Below, piece after piece: positions 15,136 through 21,933 of a stretch of 21,933 nt of DNA (positions are counted from its first letter, which is position 1; each line of letters starts with the position of its first letter). The stretch is from a bacterium (GTDB lineage: Bacteria; Zhuqueibacterota; Zhuqueibacteria; Oceanimicrobiales; Oceanimicrobiaceae): NCBI GenBank assembly GCA_046757165.1, contig JBHHXT010000068.1, positions 1-21,933 on the forward strand, given 5' to 3'. The notes beneath the pieces are model-generated. The model was given only the letters and a program-made list of their open reading frames with translations, ran no database searches and was not told the origin of the DNA. Made by a program: the position numbers and the translations under genes.

Positions 15136-15855
15136 TTACGCAACCGACAATGCTTCGAAAAACAAAGCGGCATAGTCGTACAAAAGCGCACGCTCCACAG
15201 GGGAGCGTGCCGTTGCCACCAGCCTCTCCAAAGCCTGTGTATGCTTCCCGCTATGTGCCCTCAGCACAGGTTTGTGCCGGGCGTGAAACGAAGTCAGATG
15301 CTCGATTTGAACTTCCCGCTGAATCAAGGTTTGCCAACGCAGGTAGCAAAATACCCGCAGGACAAAGTTTTCGCGCAGCTCAGGGTCGGTGAGACGGCTT
15401 TCTTCCTCCAGCGGCAAGAACGCCATCTCTTCTTTCAGCCTACGCGCAAAGATGCCGCGGCTGGTTCCGTTCAACGTTCCAGATTCTCGGCACACCGGCA
15501 CGTGCGCCAGGCCGCAGCTTGGCGAGTTCTTTTTCAGGATGTAACCGTTGAGATTCAACCTGGTCAATTCCTGCACCTTTGTGTGCGCAAAATCCAACAG
15601 CCTCTCTGTCACATCCACATTCGTATTGAGCGTCACAACACGGGGCGAATCAGGATTCCCTATCAGCCGCATGGGTTCACGTGGTGTGCCCAGCCCGACC
15701 TCTACCTCCGGGCAGACCGGCACCCAGTCAAAAAAGCGTGACAGCGTGCTTAGAATGACATCCGCCCTTTTGTGCCCCCCATCATAGCGCACGTTCTCCC
15801 CGAGCAAACAGGTGCTGATCCCAACGCGGAGTTTCTTATGCAGACGGTGGTTCAT
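15136..15855 (-). CDS. DUF523 (thiouracil desulfurase TudS-like) + partial DUF1722 protein (YbgA-like)
   Basis: GIS.CLLGENVRYDGGH, PVCPEVEVGLGTPRE, LKKNSPSCG, G.FA, EEE.RL.D..LRENF..RVF, then L..FHARHK..L.AHS; ends at 239 aa. Confidence 0.88.
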   Translation of the reverse strand: MNHRLHKKLRVGISTCLLGENVRYDGGHKRADVILSTLSRFFDWVPVCPEVEVGLGTPREPMRLIGNPDSPRVVTLNTNVDVTERLLDFAHTKVQELTRLNLNGYILKKNSPSCGLAHVPVCRESGTLNGTSRGIFARRLKEEMAFLPLEEESRLTDPELRENFVLRVFCYLRWQTLIQREVQIEHLTSFHARHKPVLRAHSGKHTQALERLVATARSPVERALLYDYAALFFEALSVA

Positions 15856-15856
15856 G

Positions 15857-16090
15857 TCAGGTCGGTTTCGAGGCTGAGAGGCTGAGCACTTTCGCTTGTA
15901 CCGATTCCACCACGGAGTCTACGATGAAAGAGCTGGCATGGATGATTTCTATGCCAATAAACTCTCCGTTCTCATTCAGCTCGACCGTTACATTGGGAGT
16001 GAGTTCAAAACTGAAGGCTTCCGGGTCTTCGGACAACGTGATATGGATAGTATCGTTCTCCTGAAAGTATGTCATCTGCGGTTTGTTCAT
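15857..16090 (-). CDS. DUF2283 domain protein (putative antitoxin-like)
   Basis: M.Y..E.D..HI.LS......S.EL.P.VTVELNENGE.IGIEII.AS pattern; AGGAGG RBS. Confidence 0.85.
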   Translation of the reverse strand: MNKPQMTYFQENDTIHITLSEDPEAFSFELTPNVTVELNENGEFIGIEIIHASSFIVDSVVESVQAKVLSLSASKPT

Positions 16091-16120
16091 AAATGAACCC
16101 TCCTAATCCTTCTACGATGC

Positions 16121-16149
16121 AAGATAAGCATTGATGGGAGCAAATACAA
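16121..16149 (-). promoter_or_regulatory. Putative sigma-70 promoter for the DUF2283-DUF523-SRAP operon
   Basis: TTGTAT-17 nt-TATCTT on the minus strand, 30 nt upstream of the DUF2283 ATG. Confidence 0.5.
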
Positions 16150-16355
16150 TCATTTCGGACAAAATTCAAGCGCGTCTTGGGAATAATCAACCTGGCAGAT
16201 TTGTACCATAGGTAGAATATCTGTTTTGAATTATCCCACTAATTTTGTATCTTGCATGTCTGCCAGGGCGGTGGACCCGCATTGGGTGAGCCTGTTTCAA
16301 ACTGTCAGACCTTTACAGAACATGAGAAGTCATATCACAGATCCCATCGTGAGGT

Positions 16356-16769
16356 TTGTTCGCAAACCGTCGTTTGATCGTGGCTATATTTAGGAACGCA
16401 GTCAAGTCTTTTGCCCTGATTGTCTTCGTGGCGAATCAGGTGGCATTTCTTGCGGTGGATTTTTCGCATGAAACGTCAGAGCCGTGTGCCTGCCCGAAAA
16501 CAGATGGCTGTATCTGTGGGCATGCCAATGAAATCATGCAATGCCGTAGCCTCTCGGACGGCGGCGGTGAGGCGTGCTACTCAGCTCCTACCCGGCCGAA
16601 CAACGCACCAACAAGGGCCGTTCTTTTGACTCTGAAACCGTTCTTACCCTCTTCGTGGCATGTCGCAAGAACACACCTTGAAAGAGATGTGGAGTATTTT
16701 CACCGGGACCACACATACGTTGATGTCATTCTGCCCTGCCCACAAAGACCTCCCCAATACGCAGCGTAA
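16356..16769 (+). CDS. Cys/His-rich small protein with C-terminal P-x-RPP motif (DUF2946-like leader); start uncertain
   Basis: Hydrophobic N-terminal segment, CACP...CICGH...C...C cluster, C-terminus LPCPQRPPQYAA; first ORF of a co-oriented metal-related cluster. Confidence 0.6.
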   Translation: MFANRRLIVAIFRNAVKSFALIVFVANQVAFLAVDFSHETSEPCACPKTDGCICGHANEIMQCRSLSDGGGEACYSAPTRPNNAPTRAVLLTLKPFLPSSWHVARTHLERDVEYFHRDHTYVDVILPCPQRPPQYAA

Positions 16770-16954
16770 GAACAATCGTAGTTCTGCCCTATCGTTGTTT
16801 CGCTTACAACAATTATCACCGAAAACTGCCTGGAGCTGTCATCCTCCGTTGAGCAAGAGGTTCTTCGTCCCGAAAAAAAACAGGGGCTCGCATGACAGCG
16901 ATACCCGTTTGCGCATTTTTCGGTCAATTACCAGTTTAATGAGAAAGGTCTATC

Positions 16955-17995
16955 ATGATGAGGAAAACAGTCCTGACAATGGTGTTCCTTGGGGGGGGGC
17001 TTTTGGGAAATCAACAGAATTCAACCTTTGGCTTGAGTCCGGGGGCGGCGTGGGCGTGTGACTACTGCTTGCTCACACAGGGACTCTCGCCGCTGGAAAC
17101 CACGCACGGGTTTGGGTTCCGGGTTGATGGCCGCTACACGGTCCTGAACTCGGTATTCTCCGGCAGTAGCGAAATCGAAAATCATGACAATGAAAAAGAG
17201 AGCCACTTCACGACACAACTGACCGGCTTTTTCAATGCCTCGGACCGCCTGACGCTGATTGCGATTCTCCCTGTTGCAAACCGAAAAGTCTCCCTGGAGA
17301 TGGAGGATGCACACGGCCATGACGACGGCGATTCGCACGCAGATGGCGAAGATGCTCATGACAGCTCGCCGGTACACAGCCACAATGCACCGGGGTCCGC
17401 TTTCAGCATCAGTGACCTGACGCTAATGGGCCGGTACACGTTTTTTCGGCGACATCATTTTCAACAATCCACCTTGCTCGCTTTCCAGGCTGGCGTCAAG
17501 ATCCCGACGGGCGCAACGGACAGGCGGGATGACGTTGGCGACTTCCTGGATGCGCACATTCAACCAGGCACAGGCTCCTGGAATTTCTTGCTCGGGTTGT
17601 CCTTCAACTATGTAAAAAACAGATTTGGTCTGTCGAGCAATCTCCTTTATTCGATCAACACGACGGGCGAAGCGGGCAGTGATGACTACAGATTCGGCAA
17701 CTGGCTCAACGGCGACATCACAGCCAGATATCCGATCCTTGCGGGCAAGAGAAACTTGTTCCTCTCGTTGGGTTTGAATGGAGAGATTCGCGGCCAGGAG
17801 GAAATAAATGGACAGACGCTCAGCAATACCGGCGGCGAAGTCCTGTACGCGGCTCCGGGGGTGCAATTCATGCTGTCGCGACACCTGACGCTGGAGGCGT
17901 CTTTCCTTTATCCGTTCTACCACAATTTGAATGGTGCCGAACAACTGGGTGAAGATTTCAAGAGTTTTTTTGGGGTGAGCTACTTGCTCAATTAG
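16955..17995 (+). CDS. Outer-membrane beta-barrel 'transporter' with CDYC motif and His/Asp-rich loop
   Basis: Signal peptide ending AWA-CDYC; HGHDDGDSHADGEDAHDSSPVHSH loop; G.K.PTG and QPGTGSW motifs; TGGEVLY..PG; terminal strand FFGVSYLLN. Confidence 0.75.
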   Translation: MMRKTVLTMVFLGGGLLGNQQNSTFGLSPGAAWACDYCLLTQGLSPLETTHGFGFRVDGRYTVLNSVFSGSSEIENHDNEKESHFTTQLTGFFNASDRLTLIAILPVANRKVSLEMEDAHGHDDGDSHADGEDAHDSSPVHSHNAPGSAFSISDLTLMGRYTFFRRHHFQQSTLLAFQAGVKIPTGATDRRDDVGDFLDAHIQPGTGSWNFLLGLSFNYVKNRFGLSSNLLYSINTTGEAGSDDYRFGNWLNGDITARYPILAGKRNLFLSLGLNGEIRGQEEINGQTLSNTGGEVLYAAPGVQFMLSRHLTLEASFLYPFYHNLNGAEQLGEDFKSFFGVSYLLN

Positions 17996-18032
17996 TCCCC
18001 TCTTTTTCGAATTTCCGGCATAGGAGGATACA

Positions 18033-19445
18033 ATGAAAAAGCTGTTTCTCACGCTCCCTTTGGCCCTCGGGGCTTCCCTTGCGTTTCACTGCGGGGATGA
18101 TGGCCCTTCCGGCCCGGATGACATCGACTACAATACGGTCATCGACATCAGCTTCACGCAGCACGTTCAGAAAATCCTTACTGAATATGAAACGATTTTG
18201 CAAGCCAACGGCGTCTTCCCTGAGGGGTTGCAGATGGACTCCTGGCAAAATCTCATCAAAGGCTGGGAGCGGGGTGAAGTCATCATCCCATTCGACGCCG
18301 AAAACAGCCTGCTGATCGAGCTGACCGAAAAGCTGGACAACCCAAACGAGCTGCGCGAGGATAAGCTGCGCTTGCTGAAAAGGTGGATCACCGATGGCGC
18401 GAAGAACGACAACGACGAGGTCCCGTACGCAAACTCGCGCAAGCTGCTCTACGTCTGCGATCAGGATGCCGCCAGGATTTCGGTCATCGACACCGATGCC
18501 AAACTGGTCATCCGTACGGTTGACTTGCTGAAGCTCAACCGGGGCTTTTCGCTCGGTTCCAAGCCGCACCATCTGGCCGTGGAGCCGGATGGGTCTTTCT
18601 GGTATGTCAGTCTCACCGGCGCAGGCAAGGTGTTGAAGTTCGACCGCAACAACGAGTTTGTGGCCGAGGCCACCATCAGCATCCCGGCCTTGCTGGCAGC
18701 GCATCCGAACAACGGCTTGCTCTACGTCTCGCGCTTCCCGCTGGCCCCCGGCGGTGATGAACCGCTCATCGGGGTCATTCGCCGTTCAGACATGGAGGTG
18801 CTCGACGACATCGCGGTGCAGCCGACGCCGCATGCGATGGCCGCTGACCACAGCGGGAAGTTCGTTTACACGTGCAGTCTCTCCGGGAACCAGATTATTG
18901 CCATCGACGCTGCCACCAACCAGGCGGACGAGACTTTTGTCGACTTAGGGCCGTCCAAAGGACCGATTCAACTTACCATCTCCGCCGATGACAACACCCT
19001 GTATGTTTCTGCGCTAATCTCGAACGAAGTCTATGTGGTAGACGTCAGCGATCCGACGGAGCGCAAAGTGATCAATACGATTGCGGTGAACGCGACCCCC
19101 TGGCACCCGGTACTGACACCAGACGGCAGCCGGCTCTATGTTGGCAACCAGGGGGCGCACACCATCTCGGCGATTGATGTGGCCAGCGGCGCCGTCACTG
19201 TCATCGGGGCAGGCACAGGTGTGGACGGCATCGCGCAGCCCCACGGCATCGCTGTGACCAACGACGGCAAGTTTGTTTTTGTCTCGAACAGAAACGTGCT
19301 CGGTTTGTACAAACCACGTTTTGACTTTGGCGAGGCCAACGCCAACATCGGCACGGTGGCGGTCGTGAACACCGCCACCAACACCCTGGAAAAGATCATC
19401 GAGATCGAGCAGTTCGGCTCGGGCATGGCGAGCAGCCCTGAATGA
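18033..19445 (+). CDS. YncE/YVTN-type beta-propeller lipoprotein with N-terminal cytochrome-c-like domain
   Basis: Lipobox-like AFH-C; repeats PDGSFWYVS, PDGSRLYVGN, NDGKFVFVSN, ISVID/ISAID; AGGAGG RBS. Confidence 0.85.
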   Translation: MKKLFLTLPLALGASLAFHCGDDGPSGPDDIDYNTVIDISFTQHVQKILTEYETILQANGVFPEGLQMDSWQNLIKGWERGEVIIPFDAENSLLIELTEKLDNPNELREDKLRLLKRWITDGAKNDNDEVPYANSRKLLYVCDQDAARISVIDTDAKLVIRTVDLLKLNRGFSLGSKPHHLAVEPDGSFWYVSLTGAGKVLKFDRNNEFVAEATISIPALLAAHPNNGLLYVSRFPLAPGGDEPLIGVIRRSDMEVLDDIAVQPTPHAMAADHSGKFVYTCSLSGNQIIAIDAATNQADETFVDLGPSKGPIQLTISADDNTLYVSALISNEVYVVDVSDPTERKVINTIAVNATPWHPVLTPDGSRLYVGNQGAHTISAIDVASGAVTVIGAGTGVDGIAQPHGIAVTNDGKFVFVSNRNVLGLYKPRFDFGEANANIGTVAVVNTATNTLEKIIEIEQFGSGMASSPE

Positions 19446-21700
19446 TGACCGAAAAAGACGTACGAACGCTCACCCTGACGGCAACCTTAGCGGTTACATT
19501 TATGCTCCCGTCAGGGCTTTTGGCACAAGAATTTGAGTTTCGCCGCGACCTTGCACCGTTTCCTGTGCAAGGTGCAGACGGCCAGGACATTCAATTTCCC
19601 TTCCTCGGCGGGTTCAACGCCCCTCGACCACAGTTTGTGGACATCGACGGCGACAGCGACCTGGATTTGTTCATTCAGGAAGAAAACGGCACAATCACCC
19701 GGCCTGGCAGGCTGATGTTCTTCGACAACACCGGTACGTCAACCCGTTTTCGCTGGAGGTGGCGCACAGATGAGTATCAAGGGCTCGATATCGGCAACTG
19801 GTACAAATTCGTCGATGTTGACCACGATGGCGACTTTGATCTCTTCACCGAAAGTCCGTTTGCGTTGGTGCGCTACTGGCGCAATATCGGCACCGCCAGC
19901 CAGGCTGAGTTTGTGCTCGCGCTCGATTCCTTGCGCGACATTGAAGGCACACTTGTCAACTTCGACATCGGAAGTTTGCCGGAACTGGCGGATATCGACT
20001 GCGATGGCGATCTCGATCTGTTGGTGGGACGGTCCGCGGCTGGCACCATCACTCTGTTTGAAAGCAAGGGACTCGACGGAGCGGGCCTGCCCTTGTTCGA
20101 GGAGATCGCGGGCAACTTTCAGGATATTTCCATCATTGGCGAGGGGACTCCCGGCAGCGCAGCGACAATGGGGCGCGGAAACGGCGTGCCGACCACGGCT
20201 GCCACGCGGCAGAATGGTGTCGCCCGCCACGGCTCGAATGCGCTCACCGTCGTGGACATCGAAAACGACCAGGACCCCGATATTTTCTGGGGCGACCTGT
20301 TTGAGGACAGCATCGTGTTCCTGGCGAATTCCGGCACCTGTCAGCAACCAGAAATCCACCTCACCACCAGAGATTTTCCCATCAGCCAGCCAGTGAGAAC
20401 GGGTGGCTTCAACGCGCCGCGCTTTGCCGACCTCGACGCAGATGGCGATCTCGACCTGTTGGTCGCCGTGCTCGGCGGCGTCTTTTCTCCGATTGAAAAT
20501 CTGGCGGAAAACTTCTTCTTTTATCGAAATGTCGGCTCGGCAACCCGGCCTGCATTTGCTCAAATCTCGAGACAGTTCATTCCGAATCTCGACCTCGGCT
20601 CCAACACCCTGCCGGCGCTTGTCGACATCGACGCCGATGGGGACCTGGACCTCTTCATCGGCAACGAAGTCTCACCGGATACGCTGGACACGGCGCGCCT
20701 GCTTTTCTTTGAAAACCAGGGCAAACCAAACGCCCCGGCGTTCCGGCTCGTGAATCCGGATTTTCTCGGTGTGAATATCGGGTTCAATTATGCACCCGCG
20801 TTCGGGGATATCGACGCGGACGGAGACCAGGATTTATTCATCGGAGAATGGAACGGTAAGCTCAATTTCATTGAAAACCTCGGTTCGCCACACGCCTTTG
20901 TGATGGCACCCACCCAGGAGGAGGTCACCGCTCTGATAGATGGCGAGATCAAACCTATCGACATCGGCAACAACAACGCCCCGGCGCTCACCGACATCGA
21001 CGGCGACGGCGATCTCGATTTGTTCGTTGGCGAGTTCCTGGGAAATCTCAACTTCTTCGAGAATGCCGGCTCGGCAACCACGCCGGCTTTCGTTTTTCGG
21101 AGCAAGGACTATGCTGCCATTGACGTCGGCTTGTACAGCACGCCGGTTTTCTCCGACCTGGATGCAGATGGCGATCCCGATTTGCTCCTGGGGTCCGAGC
21201 AAAACGGAGTGACGTTCTACAGAAATACCGGTTCTGGCGGCTTCATCGAGCAGGCAGACCTGCCGCTCCGTGTGCTTGACCGCTCGGCTCCGGCACCGGC
21301 AGATATCGATAACGATGGCGACCTGGACGTCCTCCTCGGTACGGCAAAGGGTGGGCTGCTTTTCTACGACAATCGCAAATTTGTGACCGCGGTCGAGCCA
21401 CGGCGCGATGAAACGGTTCCAGACAACTTTGTTCTGCGGCAGAACTATCCCAACCCGTTCAACCCGCAAACCACGATTTCCTACCGCCTGCCCGGGCACG
21501 CACGAGTCAAATTAGTCATCTATGATCTGCTTGGCCGAACCGTACGAACGCTGCTCGATACGCCACAGCCCGCCGGCAGCTACGAGATAACCTGGGACGG
21601 CAAAGATGAATCGGGCGCCGGAGTGAGCTCCGGCATTTATTTCTATCACCTGCGCGCCGGCACGTTGGCCGCGACCAGGCGCATGCTTTTGCTGCAGTAG
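19442..21700 (+). CDS. FG-GAP/VCBS repeat protein with C-terminal FlgD-Ig/T9SS type A-like sorting domain
   Basis: Signal peptide; ten DxDxDxDxD Ca-binding repeats; C-terminal L.QNYPNPFNP.T.I.Y.LP...IYDLLGR.VRTL...WDGKD...SSGIYFY.L. Start overlaps the upstream stop (ATGA). Confidence 0.9.
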   Translation: MMTEKDVRTLTLTATLAVTFMLPSGLLAQEFEFRRDLAPFPVQGADGQDIQFPFLGGFNAPRPQFVDIDGDSDLDLFIQEENGTITRPGRLMFFDNTGTSTRFRWRWRTDEYQGLDIGNWYKFVDVDHDGDFDLFTESPFALVRYWRNIGTASQAEFVLALDSLRDIEGTLVNFDIGSLPELADIDCDGDLDLLVGRSAAGTITLFESKGLDGAGLPLFEEIAGNFQDISIIGEGTPGSAATMGRGNGVPTTAATRQNGVARHGSNALTVVDIENDQDPDIFWGDLFEDSIVFLANSGTCQQPEIHLTTRDFPISQPVRTGGFNAPRFADLDADGDLDLLVAVLGGVFSPIENLAENFFFYRNVGSATRPAFAQISRQFIPNLDLGSNTLPALVDIDADGDLDLFIGNEVSPDTLDTARLLFFENQGKPNAPAFRLVNPDFLGVNIGFNYAPAFGDIDADGDQDLFIGEWNGKLNFIENLGSPHAFVMAPTQEEVTALIDGEIKPIDIGNNNAPALTDIDGDGDLDLFVGEFLGNLNFFENAGSATTPAFVFRSKDYAAIDVGLYSTPVFSDLDADGDPDLLLGSEQNGVTFYRNTGSGGFIEQADLPLRVLDRSAPAPADIDNDGDLDVLLGTAKGGLLFYDNRKFVTAVEPRRDETVPDNFVLRQNYPNPFNPQTTISYRLPGHARVKLVIYDLLGRTVRTLLDTPQPAGSYEITWDGKDESGAGVSSGIYFYHLRAGTLAATRRMLLLQ

Positions 21701-21739
21701 CACAAAAACACGGTCGGAGACTGTGGTGGATCGTTAATC

Positions 21740-21768
21740 TTGACATTGTGCCTTTGTTTTTGCATCTT
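21740..21768 (+). promoter_or_regulatory. Putative sigma-70 promoter
   Basis: TTGACA-17 nt-CATCTT upstream of the last ORF. Confidence 0.5.
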
Positions 21769-21803
21769 CCTTTCGTGAATCGCTGCAAAAAAGGAGGAGC
21801 GAA

Positions 21804-21933
21804 ATGAAATCACATGGTCCACGCTACAGCAAGACAGGAGTTCTCATCTTTCTTTTGGTTGGTCTTTTGTGTGGTATGAAGCCCGCGCTGAAAGAGGCAC
21901 AGGAATGGCTCCAGCACTATAAGACGACAGGCA
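21804..21933 (+). CDS. Exported or membrane protein, 5' part only (runs off window)
   Basis: AGGAGG RBS; MKSHGPRYSKTGVLIFLLVGLLCGMKPALKEAQEWLQHYKTTG..., open to the edge, with a hydrophobic signal-like segment. Confidence 0.7.
   Translation, partial: MKSHGPRYSKTGVLIFLLVGLLCGMKPALKEAQEWLQHYKTTG

Noticed and set aside
19630..21340. Recurrent GACATCGAC..CGA.GGCGA DNA repeats as CRISPR or DGR repeats
   Set aside because: They are the codons of the FG-GAP DxDxDGD repeats: in frame, degenerate at third positions and irregularly spaced.
1..21933. tRNA, rRNA, CRISPR array, transposase or prophage genes
   Set aside because: None recognised on either strand by eye.

Overview
Bacterial genomic window of about 22 kb. 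The FlgD/T9SS-type C-terminal domain and overall gene style suggest an FCB-group lineage such as KSB1 or Calditrichota; this is inference only. Left part (1-6.0 kb, all minus strand) is an accessory, deletion-scarred region. It holds a membrane-anchored sigma-54 enhancer-binding protein with a candidate UAS/IHF/sigma-54 promoter in front of an atypical WCGTC thioredoxin, an orphan DUF1778 antitoxin followed only by the tail of its GNAT toxin, a CCGG-family restriction endonuclease remnant, an S41 peptidase tail fused out of frame to another gene, and several REP-like hairpins. Middle part: lexA plus DUF6504 with a candidate operator, ridA, mlaE-mlaF-mlaD, a ~150-nt promoter/terminator-bounded candidate ncRNA, and an ABC-2 exporter with a lipoprotein. 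Right part: a DUF2283-DUF523(TudS/YbgA)-SRAP operon, whose SRAP ends in a clamp-binding-like QLHLF. Diverging from it is a candidate metal-uptake system: Cys-rich RPP leader ORF, structured intergenic RNA, His-rich beta-barrel, His-lined YVTN propeller lipoprotein with a heme-less cytochrome-c-like domain, and an FG-GAP protein. All family calls come from motif recognition by eye, not from database searches.
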